From NCBI GenBank assembly GCA_963924565.1, contig OZ004613.1, positions 14,694,001 to 14,758,000 of the forward strand: a DNA stretch of 64,000 nt. Reading direction: 5' to 3'. The position numbers and the translations under genes were made by a program. Source of the DNA: Ascidiella aspersa (taxonomy: Eukaryota). Below, in pieces: positions 11,000 to 24,288 of this stretch; positions within the stretch are counted from its first letter, which is position 1, and each line of letters opens with the position of its first letter. A model generated the notes under the pieces. That model did not search any database and was not told the origin of the DNA. It saw only the letters and a program-made list of their open reading frames with translations.

Positions 11000-13900
11000 G
11001 AGGAGGAGGCACTGAGAGTTATGCTTGAAGAAGAAAAGGCAGAAGTTGCCCGCAAAGGACGGGAAGAAGAGGCCCGAAGAAGGCAAGAAGAGGAAGAACT
11101 TGCCCGCAAAGGACGTGAAGAAGAGGCCAGAAGAAGAGGCAAGAAGAAGGCAGGAGGAAGATGCAAATGCTAAGGTGAAGGTGCTCAAAATGAAAATGGA
11201 GCAGGCAGCATCCCGAAGGAAAAGGGAAGAGGAAAGGGCTGAGGCAATGTTGGCCAAGGCAAAATTGGTTCATCGGAAAAAATCTTACAAAGCACAGTTC
11301 AAGATGCAGCGTAAGAGGCATGAGGTTGACCTGGTCGCATTCGAGGCTGAACCGGTGGGATCCTGTGATTCTAGTCATGAATACAGGTTGAATCTGTCCC
11401 CACCAAATCAGATAGATGCTTCCAGGATGGGAAGTTCTGCTCACTTACAGCAGGCTGCCCGTGACCTGGCCCCGATAGACTATATGATGCCTGGTGAAAG
11501 GCAGACCACTCCTGCTTTCACCCCCTTGTTGCTGCCAGAATCAGCAATTGTACCGCAGCAGCCTAAGTACCCTGTTGCCCATCAAAAATCACCAAAAAAT
11601 GTATCTGCCAATCCAATCTTGCCTGTACCTTCACAGGCGCAACCTATGTGCCAACAAACTGACACGATGCAGGGGGCTTTCAGTCCTTCAATGGGGCCGG
11701 TCTCCTGCCACAAACCTTCTCTCTCACACGAGAGCTTCGCCAACATTCACTATGGAAAGGCCATTGTGGATTTGGTGAAGAGTACTAAAACCATGCTGCA
11801 TGGATTTACTTTGCCCAAAAGAGAGCTACCAAAGTTCTTTGGGGATCCAATGCACACACACAAACCACAACTTTATGAAGCGATTTGATGAGACTATCAC
11901 AAAGCATTTTCCTGATCCTGCTGTACAACTTCAGTGCCAAGGAAAGGCATATGACGTTGTCAGTGGGTGTTGTGCCCAGAGCCCATCCTAATTGGGTCTG
12001 GCTACTGCTCGTGAGTTATTAAAGGATAACTTTGGGCACACAGATTTAGTTGTAAATGCACATGTTAAACAACTGACGAATGGTCCTGCAATCAAGGTCG
12101 GAGACAAAGACGGTCTTCGTTCACTAGCCTCACGCATGACAAATGCTCTTATGATTTTTCAATCTTTGGGCTGTGAGTCTCAGTTAGACTACCCCCAATT
12201 CTTAGTTCAAATATTTCAACGATTGCCCGAGTACATGCAGTATAAATTTGCTTCTAAAGCCAGTTCGCTTTACCAGAAGACTGGCAGTGTGACATTCGGC
12301 GACCTAACTGCATACATTTCCAAAAAGGTGAAAGAATCTAACAACATTTTCGCTGATTCGTTGACTTCCGTTGAAGATAGGGAAACAAAGGACGAGCCAC
12401 AGAAGAAGAGCAAACATCTTGTGTTTTCAACACAAACCAATCCAAGCTCACCAAAACGAGTCCATGCTGAAAAATCTAGACCTCCAGAGCGGTCTAGGAA
12501 GAAGGATCCTCCACCCTGTGTGGTTTGCGCCAAACCGCATCCGTTATTGGTGTGTGATGAGTTCCAGAAGAAGGAACAGCTTGACCGCTGGACTGCGGTT
12601 AAAATTAACAACTTATGCTTCAACTGCCTTTCTCGAGGCCACAAAGCAGATAAATGTGTCTGCTCAACAAAATGTAAATCCTGTGGAAAATCACATCATA
12701 CCCTTCTACATAGTGATGAACAACAAAGGAAAGAAAAAACCTTTACGGAGGAATCTGACAGTCCTACAGAAGAATGTCATTCATATCTTGCTGTGACTAC
12801 ACCCAATGTTGGTAGGAACAGAGTTAGACTCAAGGTGGTACCAGTCCAAGTGTGGGGAAACGACCCGAATCAAGTAGTGGAGACATACGCATTACTGGAT
12901 GAGGGTTCGGACACAGAAAGCAAAGACTTCAGCTAAAAGGAAAACAAGTTACCCGGAGACTCGCTGGCATAAGTGGCAGTAGGGATCTGCAAGGATATGA
13001 GGTTGGGCTGTCTCTGAAAGGGATTCAGGAGACTGATTCAATCCATATTGAGGATGCCTTTACTGTGAATAGTCTACCTACACTAAAGGAGAGTATATCT
13101 ACAATGGAAGATGTGCAGCGTCATTCGCACCTAAGGGGACTTACCTTTCAAAAGTTGCCCAAAGCAGAAGTGGGTATTCTCATTGGGGCCGGTGCACAAG
13201 AAGCCCATTCCATTCGGGGAGTGCGGTATGGAAAACCAAGTCAGCCAACAGCCATTCAAACTGGACTTGGATGGACCCTAGTTGGCACTGATGCGCCAGA
13301 GGACAGCTGTGGTAAACGGTTTACCACAGATGACATGTGCCCAAACGGCATCTCTACGTCCGTTGAGGACAAAGGGGAAATCACTATGATCAATCCAACT
13401 GTAAAAAGGTGATCAATTCAACTGTATGATCAATTCAACTGTAAAACAAACAGCTTGCGTTACCATGTGAAGAAGTACACTGAGAAGACCGGTCATCACC
13501 CAAAAATGGGAAAACCAAGGAAAGTACTTGGTCGGGGAAAGCCACAAGCGAAGAAGGCTCGCCATTGCATTAATCGAAAGTTTGCGATTGGGTTTGACAG
13601 GACTGCCAAGCATTCTGGCAAATCTGAGGTTTTTACGGAACCAGGTGGTAGTGACGCTCTAACATTTCTGCTCAGAAGAGGGTCTACCATTAAACCCAAG
13701 TTCACTAACAAAAGAAACTTCATTCAAGCTGACCACGAGTTACATGAAAGAAAGAAAGCACACAAGACAGATGATGACAAGAAATTCTGGCGTGTACGAT
13801 GGCTTAGTGACCAGTTTTGGAAAAGCTGGTTAAAGGAATATTTGCCACTTTTGCAAAAAAGGTGGTTGGAACCGATGAACAACTTCAAAGTCGGAGATGT

Positions 13901-14030
13901 TGTGTTGGTAATTAATACTAACACAAAGAGAAGAGCATGGCGCCCATAGGATGGTTTAAGGAGGTCATTCCTGATCAGGATGGAGTTGTACGGAGGGTTC
14001 GAGTCCGAACACATGTCTCAAAGGGACATT
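11000..14030 (+). pseudogene. BEL gag-pol remnant (gag and protease; only scraps of RT and integrase)
   Basis: ORFs 11025-11888, 11992-12936, 13065-13412, 13455-13949; RT and integrase motifs survive only as short pieces. Confidence 0.85.
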
Positions 14031-14818
14031 CGAAGGCTGTGCTTGCTGGAACGTGGCTAAGTTTTTACTTTCGTTGCATGCTGTTTCTATTTGTAAGCTG
14101 CTCATTCTTTTCATTTCATTATCATATCCCTCTACATATGTCATTTTTGCAAACCTGTTGCTACCTATGTGAACCTTCATCTTGCTGTACTTTTTACTTT
14201 ACATGCCTGTGTTGTGAAGTTGTGTTATTTTTTAAATGCCAACATTCCGAATACCTTTCATATTTCATATTGCTGCCCACTACCCATTGTGTTGCCTGAA
14301 TGTTCATTATCAAGTATTATGGAGTTGCTTAAGATAGCCTACTGTGTGTTTCTATCAACATTTCAAGTATTGTGAAAATGGATTCTTACTAGTCCTTTAT
14401 GCTTACCTTTACCTCCTAATTTTCTTCATTTTGGTGGTCCTAATGTATGTTTTCATTTATTTTGAACGTGCTTTATTCTAGCCTTTACATGCCATTTTGT
14501 CATCTTCAAATTGCCTTGCCTAAACTTGTCATTGCTGTTTACCTCCTAGAACAAATATTGGTGCAAATTTGTAGTTTGATATGAAGCATTTGAACTGTGC
14601 ATTTTATGAAACTCCTGTCAGTGTCTTGTTGTATAACATTTGTGCCCTTGTTTCTTTTTCAGTCCAAGATTGCAATGTTCATTGTTAGTTTTATTGAGAA
14701 ACTTGTAATCGAATTTTGGCTTCCCAGCTGTTTCTTTCAAACAAAAAAGTTGTGCTCTTTTGTCCGCCTTTGTTTTGAAAAATGTTCTCCATGCTTTCTG
14801 ACATTTTTGGGGCCGGAA

Positions 14819-15474
14819 TGTTACTGACAAAATAACAATATTTATATAAGTTTTCTATGCTTCTCTGTCAAGTGCAACCATGCGTTACGGTATGATTCCT
14901 TTGTGTATTTCGGCTTTGTTTTCGCACCCCTTTTTAGTGCAGTCTTTGTTCACTTTCTGTTGCAGCTTCGTATGGCAGTTATCTGTTGGAATCGGCTAAG
15001 TTTAGTTGTTTATATGCTAGTTTAATGTAAGATAATTGCAATTTAGTTAATGTCTAGTTATGTAAAGTGTTTTGGTAACATTTTGTTTGTTGTTATTCTT
15101 TAAATGTTTAGACGATTAAACCAACACCGTAATGCTAAACACCTAGGTACTGTGAACTTCAGAAATCTCAATGTGTCCTCTACAGTATAATCCCAACATG
15201 TTCTGTATGATGTAAACGCCTTTCAATGTCATGATTTGGAATGAACCCTCTTTGGATACGAACTGTATTTGTTTATCCGTTGCCGAATTCGTGCACCGTT
15301 CTTTCACCTTCATCGCCATAATATAACACTGAAAACCACAGTTTGTGCAGTTTAGAGGACAGTTGTGAATTTCTGACTCATCGTGCCCGATGACGTCACC
15401 TACGACAAAGGCAAAAGCCTAGGTTTGCTAACTTGTAAGCCTATGCGTGACAGTCCTAAATTTTGGACGTCACA
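14819..15474 (+). repeat. BEL 3' LTR
   Basis: TGTTACTGAC...GGACGTCACA; matches the solo LTR at 47522-48152. Confidence 0.92.
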
Positions 15475-18400
15475 TTCGGACGGGTCGTTTTGGGTAATTA
15501 TTATTGAATATTTTTGGGTTTATCTTTCTAATTTTAAAGGCAATTAGTCGTGAAAAATTTGGTTCGGAGTTTCTATGGTTATTATATATCGAATTCTTTC
15601 GAGTTGTGCAGCTGTGATTTTGTTTTGTAGATTTATCATTTTAAGTCCTCCTTTATTTAAATCGGTTTCTAATTTTCTCCTGCTTATGGGTTCTAGAAGT
15701 TGGGGGTGCCATAGGAATTTGTAGATTAGTTTTTCAAATTCTTTGATGATTGTTTTTTCAGGAATGATGATTCTGGATATATGTATTATTTTGGATATTA
15801 TAAGTGAATTAATTATGTTGATTTTTCCTATCATTGTTAAATTTAAGTTTTTGTATTTTTCGATTACCCAATAATTTGACCGCGTTCCAATTTAATTGTT
15901 TGTTAGCGTTGGATTCGTTGTATTTTATTCCTAGTATTTTGATTTGGTCCGAAATATGTGAGTTATATTTGGGAAATAAAAGCGATTTAAAATTTTGGGC
16001 AAGTGTTAGTATTTTGGTTTTGTTTTTGTTGAGTGTTTGTCTTCTGATTTTTTCGTACGTATCTAGTTCCTTAAAAAGTTGTTGTATTGAATTTTGGTCC
16101 GAGATAAAAAAAGTGTTGTCGTCCGCATATTGTTGTAATTTGATTGTGTTATTTCCTAATTTTGTCCCTTTTATTTCAGAATTGGATGCAAATATGTAGA
16201 GAATCATAGAAAGTGAACACAGCCCTGACGGACGGACTCCTCGTTGGATTTTAATTTCGGGTGAGTTTTTACCGTTAATTTTAATTTTACTTATTATATT
16301 GTTATATAAGATAGAGACCCATTTTATAGTATTCTCATCAACCTGAAATTTGGTGAGAATTTTTTGGATTAGTTAATGATCTGCTTTGTCGAAAGCTTTT
16401 TCAAAATCTGTTATTATTAGTGCCAAGTTTGCGTGTTTTTCCTTACTATATTCAATTGCCGAGTTATTATTATAATGCATTTCTTGCATTTGTCTTGATT
16501 TTAGGCCGCATTTTTGGGATTGGTCAATTTGGGGCCGCAATTTATTTGTAATAATTTTGCTTAGTATTTTGTAATCTGTATTAAGGAGAGAAATGGGTCG
16601 CCAGTTTTTAATGTTATTTAAATCGCCTTTTTTAGGTATAAGTTTAGTTATAGCTAATTTCATATTATCCGTCATTTCGTTTTGGAGAAAAATGTTTACG
16701 TAGAGTTCGAATAGGTCGTTAATTATGGTTTTATAAATTTTTTTATAAAATTCGCTTGTAAGCCCGTCAGAGCTGGGGGACGAGTTGTTGTTTAGAGATT
16801 TAATGGCCGAAATTATTTCTACTTTTTGTATATAAGGGGATGTTACTATATTTTTATCAGGGGTATTGCAGTCGCTTTGATTTCCCAATTGGTTAAGTAC
16901 CTGTTGTTGTTTTATTTCATCTATTTTGTTTTGTTGTCCCCATAATTCCGTATAGTAGTTGTGTATTATTTTTTCAATTTTTCATGTTTTGTTTCAATTT
17001 TTAATTGGTTTATTCCTGTTTTCGTTTGGTTTTGTTGCTCTATACGGAAGAAATTTTTGTTTGGATTTTCACTATTTCCTATGTTTTTGATCCGCGATCT
17101 GACTTGTTGTCCCTGTAATTTGTTTTCTTCGATTTTATTAATTTGATTTATTATGTGTTTGTATTCGAGATTTAATTGCAAGTTGTCTGATGACAGTGAG
17201 TTTGTGATGTTCTTAAGTTGGTGTTGTAGATTTTTCTCGTGTTGTTTTTCTCGTTTTGATTTGTATTTCGAGTATTTTATTGTGTGGTTTTTTATTCTTT
17301 TTTTGAGTTTTTCCCACCACACAAGTTTATTTATTTCAGTAGATTCTAAGGTAAAGTCTTTTATTAAGTTTTGTATAGAGTCGCAGTATTTTTTATCTTC
17401 TAAAAGTGAATTATTAAATTTCCAGAAGGAATTGCCTTGTCGCTTTGTTTTATTTAGTTGTAGGGATATGTTTGGTGATTTTGTGTGATCGGAGAAAGTT
17501 ATGGGTATGTAGTTTGCATTTTTTATTATTGATTCGCTTACGTATATTCTATCGATTCTTGTGGCTGATTTGGCGGTTACGAAAGAGAATTCTTTGCCAT
17601 TCGGGTTTTGGTTTCTATATGCTTCAACTAGGTTTAGTCTGGTTACTAAATGAGTGATGGTGTCTTTTTGGTTATATATGAAATTAAAATCTCCTAAAAT
17701 GATGTTGTTTTTATTTTTTAAATTAAGTATGTGCTGTTCGAGTTTGTATGTGTCCGGATTTAAAGTGGGTATTAAAAATTGTGATAGTTGAAGTATTATT
17801 TTTAGTAGTTAGTGTTAAAGAGTGGATTCTGTTTTGTATTATTATATTGTGTTGCGTATTAAAATGTTTTTTTATTTTAGGGTTTATTAAAAGAATGGTG
17901 CCGGTTCCTGCCACGTACGGATGTATTTGGTGAGTTAAGTTTTGTTTGTTTGTTTTTATATAGTTTGCAATTTTGTCTAATTTTTTCCGTATTCCGCGTA
18001 TGTTTAAAGATGCTATATTTATTTGTTCATTTAGGTCCGAGTCAAGGCCAGGAGGGAGAGAAAGGGGAGAAGGAAAGGTAAGTAATTTATGTTGTGTCGT
18101 TTGGTGTCTTTTGTTTTCCTGGAGCAGATAAAAACTTCCCGTATAGTGAAGATTTTCCGCAGGTTTTTGTTATTTTGCCTTTCCGTTTTTATTAGAGGGT
18201 GTTTCCGTTCTTCCTCTTTTGGTTTGTGTAGATGTGTTGTCTTCAGTTGGGGGGTCGTTGGTTGGAGGTTGATTTTCTTCTCTTTGTTGATCGTTGTCGC
18301 ATGGTAGGTTATCCGCTTCGTTCTCTTTATCAGGAGAAATGTCTGCGTCAGAGCATTTTTCGGTTGTTACGGTTGATTCGTTTTCTTCAATTGGTACAAG

Positions 18401-19471
18401 TTGATTCTCTTGGGCGGGGTATTCGTTTGGATTGGTGACATATTTGGGGTTATGAGGTTGAGTGGTCCAAAGAAGTTACGGGATGGTCCTGGCTGATTGG
18501 TGAGATCGGCTTGTCTTTGATTTATTAAATTGACCATTTCGTGCACATGATATGATATTCGTCTGTAAGTGGGGGGGGGGGGGGGGGATTTTCGAGGTTC
18601 GTGTTGAGATTGGTTGATTGTGTTGCATCGTGCGAGAGTAATGTGGGCAGCGGTTTGCCCAGTGTCCACCAGGTTGTTCACATCTGTGACATCTCGGTCT
18701 TTCGTTCTCTTCGCCTGGTTTAATGATTCGAAGACGGTTGCCAACTTTGTATGTTTTCTAGTTTTACATCTTCGATGAACAAACAGGTGGTAAAAACCGT
18801 TCCGTATGGTCGGAAAGTTTCGGTGTGTGCAGGCCGTTATTCCTTTGAGTGTCCCCATTTGTATTTTTGTACTATTTTGTCCAATTGTGTTATTTCCCAT
18901 TCGCATGGGACTGGGACTATCGTAATTTTGGTCGCAGGTTTTGGTGGTTCCATTGTTGATAGTGTTAGTTGTTGGCCATTGTGTGAGCATATGTTTTTTT
19001 GTTTAAGGTAGGTGTCTAATTGTGTCTTGGCCAAAGGGTCAACGAAAGTCAGTTGATAGATGTGTAAATGTCGGTTTATAGTACGACATCCGATTATGAG
19101 GTCATAGATGAGAGATATGTTGTTGTCTTGGGTAATAATTTCAAGAAGATCTTCTAATTGAAAGTCTTCATAGCCTCCAACTTGGACGTTAATCGACCTC
19201 GTTAGAGAATAGAGAGAATCCATAGTGGTGATTAGCAATATGAAATCTTAGTTTTACATGCCGGGAAAGAAAGAGAGGCGATGTAAATTGAAAAGAGTGA
19301 GGTTTGTGGCGCTTACAAGAAAGAATAGAAGGGATTTAGGGATGGGCGAATATGAGTGTTATGGCGAGAGAAAGTAAAGGACAAAACACTTGTTTTGTCC
19401 TTTACTAAGTGAGACCTTTGGGTTCAAAGGTCAGAAAAAAATTACGTCACACAGGTGACGTAACAAAGAAA

Positions 19472-20556
19472 TATTATTTTTCGTTTTTATTTTGATGTCC
19501 AAAGGTATCAATTAATTCTGCGTTTATGTCAGGACCAAGAGACGGGTTGAGAAAAGAGTGTGCGTCCCCTGGGTAGTCAGCTGGGGAGACCAGGATCCCC
19601 CGGCAAGTCCAGTCTTCGGTTAGTGTCTCCCAGTTTGGGTTTCTTACTTTCTTGCTCTTCTTTTGGTGTTGTTTGGTGTTGGTTGAGTGTGGTGGTTTGC
19701 ATTTTCGTTTGTGCCAGAGGTAAAGACTGGGGAGTCGATATTTGTTAGATCACATTAGAATTCGTGATTTGTTAGTTCGTCATCAGCGTCGATGGCTGTA
19801 TCGCTTACGACATTATGCTTCGGGGGAGGAGGTTTTTCTTTGTTTGTCTGTTTTGTGATAGGGGATATAAGTCCCGATGGTCCTGGAAGGTTGTTTTGTT
19901 GGCGTTCGTTTATGACATTGACAAGTCTCTGGAGGTTGAGTTAGTTGACAACCCAGTGGTAGCTTGTGTTGTCTGCGAATATTGGAGCGTACATCTGTTT
20001 GCCCAATGTCCGGGTAGGCCGCACCGATTGCATTTTGGTCGTGTATTCTCTTGTCCAGGTTTAATAGTGCGTAAACGATTTGGTCTTGAATGTTTTGCAT
20101 TTGGATTTTCTCAATGAAATGATGGTAGAATCCGTTTCTCACATGGGGTATGTTTCTATGTGTACATGGTGTATTTTTTTTTAAAAATCCCCATATGTTG
20201 TGTCTGACAATTTCTTCAATTTGTTCCATTTCCCATTCACAAGGAACGGGTACCAATGTAATTTTGTTTAGGAGGTGTGTAGGTTCCATCACATATAGCG
20301 TTATTTGTTGATGACGGTTTACTGTCCGGCATCCTGTGATGTGGTCGATTTTGTTTTTTAATGGTTGGTATTGTTGTATGATGCTTAGGAAGTCATCAAT
20401 TAGAAATTCATTGGGAGAGTGTACCTTATGTTGACCGTTGTCATGGTATGTTTTGTTTACATGCCAAAGAGCATGTACGATAGTGGAGAGAGATTGCAGA
20501 AAGGAGAAAAAAAATAGAGACTTTATGAGGCGCTAGAGAGCGCACACAAAAATGTG
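19472..20556 (-). mobile_element. Tx1-like family E, short ORF1-only element
   Basis: GCRTVNR, KITLVPVPCEW, CTHRNIPHVRNGFY, knuckle; ORF1 ends PGDPGLPS*; AATAAA and A-rich tail ~19472-19495; candidate TSD ACAAAGAAA at 19463-19471 and 20557-20565. Confidence 0.7.
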
Positions 20557-20629
20557 ACAAAGAAAAAGGGCGGGAAAAAGAGTGACTCTAGAAAGTAACC
20601 CAGAAAGACTTGATGAGACAATTCACTAA

Positions 20630-21620
<991 letters not shown>

Positions 21621-22026
21621 TATAAAATTTGGGGCACTTGCGCAATCAAAAAAAAAATGTAGATGTTGTTAATTTTACAGATTTCGATCGCCTGTCGTCG
21701 TCTTCTGAAGCCAACGCAATCACTGTTTTGCAATACCTTCAGTACCCAATTGCCAAAAATTGGTTTTAAAGCTGGTCAAAAGAGGTAAAAAAATGTATGT
21801 CTAATATTTTGTTGTGCTTATGCAGATTATTGTAAAGGCGAAAACGCAACAGCCCCTCTTGGATCCGAGACGACGTAATATGCCACTCATAATTTTGGCT
21901 ATGTGTCGAAATGTAGTTGTTCGCCATAAGAATAAAAATGGGAAACCGTTTGGTTTGGAAAATTAGCGTTTAGCAAAATTTTTTATAGAGATTTTAAAAA
22001 TGTACGTCATAACAGTGCGTCTAAAC

Positions 22027-22459
22027 CAGGGGGTTCCCAACCTTTTTTGCTGCTCGTACGTACACCCCTTTGTCAGGCCATAGCAGATTTCCGTGACTCA
22101 AATACTGTGATTTACACTCTAGTTCTATTGAGGTGGATAGCAGACTGTTTGTAGCAGATTTACAGCAAGACTACATTGAATGCCCCCTATATCTTTGCAT
22201 TTTCTTCCAAACTTTGTGCTTTCAAATCTCAATCTCTTAAAGTTGGACAGCGCAGTTAAATAAACACATTGTTATGGACAATGAGGTTTCTTACTAAACA
22301 ACAACAATTATTTGCAGATAATTGTTTGTTTTTTCAAAGCAATGGCATAATATCATTTACAATTCCAAAATAAAACTGTAGGTCTACTGTAAGTTTGAAA
22401 AAGCTGCTATGTGGCCCTTGATGATCTCATACCCCCGAGGGGTCCCCGGTTGGGAACAC
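22027..22459. mobile_element. Non-autonomous hAT/MITE
   Basis: CAGGGGGTTCCCAACC ... GGTTGGGAACAC imperfect TIRs. Confidence 0.55.
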
Positions 22460-22991
22460 AACCCCAGGTAAGGAAAATCTAAGATTATAATCTTCAATGT
22501 GGGAGATCAGAATATGACTGTTACTTTTACCACTGATACTCGGGTATATGGGGTTAAACACCTCCTACTTAAAGGCATTTATGAAATAGTTAATCAATTA
22601 GGCGGTACATGCGCCGAAAACTTTCATAATGCCAAATACCAACAACGGTCCATTGTGTCGCAGATGGTGCATCGTTTCGGCGACTGCCAGGCAAGCGTTA
22701 GTCGCAAGTTTAATTATTTTTTATAGAATGCATTTGGTCTGTGTTTAATAAGTTGTTTGATATATACTGTGTAATTCTTGTAACAGGATTAATTACCAAA
22801 TAGGTATTGGTGTCATCATATTATCTAACATTACAATTGTGCAATTCAACAAAAAGATTATTTTACCGCATATGTATAGTGTAATCATTTTATCAAATAT
22901 ATGGCATTACAATTGTGCAATTCTTGTAGCAAGGTTACCGCGTGTTGTTGTAATCTTTTGATCTATCTAACATATATGACGACTTTGCAAT

Positions 22992-23900
22992 GGGGTTGTT
23001 TAGCCGAAACCAAAAATTCGCTAGGTGGTAGTAACTTCCGGTCATAAAGTGCACTTGTTATACTGGGTGACGATAGCGAAATCTAGTCTTTGTCGAGTTT
23101 GGCTGGTGTTTTATGTAAGGGATTAATAGCGGGATTATTGTGTGAACTTCAGGATAAAATAATGTTTATTTCTCTCTGCCCAAAGAAGCACTGCAGCTGC
23201 ACAGTAGTTTCATTTAGACGTGAGTGGCTAAAACTTTTGGTGAAAGCATTGCAATATTGTTATAGGAATGCTGCTGTCACTGTTGTGTTCCTGGTTGCAA
23301 AAATATGAAGGACATCTTTTTCCTAAAGACAAGTTGCTATGTAAAAAATGGAGAATTGCAATTAAGAGAGAAAATGCAGCATTAAAGACACTTAAAAAAA
23401 AAAAACTTAAGCTCTTCAATTGTTTGTTATGAACACTTTAAGCCAACATAATAATATGTTATTGCTTAAAGATCTCAACATGGAAGACGGAGGAAGCGGA
23501 ATTTGAAAAATAATGTAGTACCTTCTTTATTTTCATGCAGAGAAACAGTCTCAAAAGAAAGCAAAAGACAAAGAAATCAAAATCGCACTGTCTGTGATGT
23601 GATACCAGATGAAGCTTGTGAAATTGCAGTGTAGGTTCTATGGATACAGAAGTAACATCTTAATCCAATGATTCTGCTATTTGCCGAACAAATGCAACAT
23701 TTGCTACACAAACAGCTGGCCCAATGCTGTTGTGCAACAAAGTAAATTTTAATCTTGAAGTCTTTAAAAATGACAACTCTGCTATACTGTATTACACTGG
23801 GTTTGATGATTACTTACATTTTGATCTGTTTTTTAACATTTTGGGTCTCCTGCTACTTCAAATTTGAACTTCAACTTTTCCTTACCCTCATTAAGCTTTG
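22992..23900 (+). pseudogene. THAP-domain ISL2EU/Harbinger-like transposase remnant
   Basis: THAP CCVPGC..GHLFPKD..KKWRIAIKR (~23280-23380); DNSAILYYTGFDDY..F..IL (~23770-23850). Confidence 0.6.
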
Positions 23901-24288
23901 ACAAAATAAAGATCATCAAGATCTGGGCATCTTATTTGGCATATCTAAGGGAAGCATTTCAAAACGAAGCTGCAACCCGGTTTGAACCAAAAGATAGCAT
24001 AATCTTTTTGCCATGCATGATGTGTTTGTTTAGCACGCCTACAATGTTTCGTGGGCAGTCACAACTAGCATCAAAATATGTGGTAACGACGTATTGCTTC
24101 AAAAAGGATTCATGTCGAGCGTGTAATAGGCCTGGCAAAAACTTATAAAATTCTGCAGTCAACAATTCCACACGTCTTGCTTCCTCTTGTATCTGTTTTA
24201 TGTTGACAAATTTTCGTCGAAGTGTAGTGAATGAACTTCCATAATAAAAACATTTTATTGCTTTTAAATGGAATATTGAAAAAAGCAT

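Larger units (their letters stand above)
10746..15474 (+). mobile_element. BEL/Pao LTR retrotransposon, internally deleted
   Basis: TG..CA LTRs; TSD TTGGG/TTCGG; gag with three BEL knuckles (CVVCAKPHPLLVC, CFNCLSRGHKADKC, CKSCGKSHHTLLH); protease YALLDEGSD; GLGWTL; integrase C-terminal WLKEYLPLLQ..VGDVVLV; PPT GGGGCCGGAA. Confidence 0.92.
9518..19439 (-). mobile_element. Full-length Tx1-like LINE family D (interrupted by BEL/Pao)
   Basis: 5' UTR with hairpins; ORF1 MDSLYSLTRSINVQV (~19223-18087); ORF2 ~18030-9975 with APE, RT QQYADD and CCHC CNFC..HIMIEC; T-rich 3' UTR; A15 tail 9518-9532; TSD AATTACGTC at 9509-9517 and 19440-19448. Confidence 0.9.

Noticed and set aside
18074-18086. U1-like TACTTACCT / antisense splice donor in the D inter-ORF
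   Set aside because: A single 9-mer, not seen in the other families; compatible with chance.
1-20600. Telomeric HeT-A/TART-type array
   Set aside because: No telomeric repeats, and TSDs indicate internal endonuclease-mediated insertion rather than end addition.
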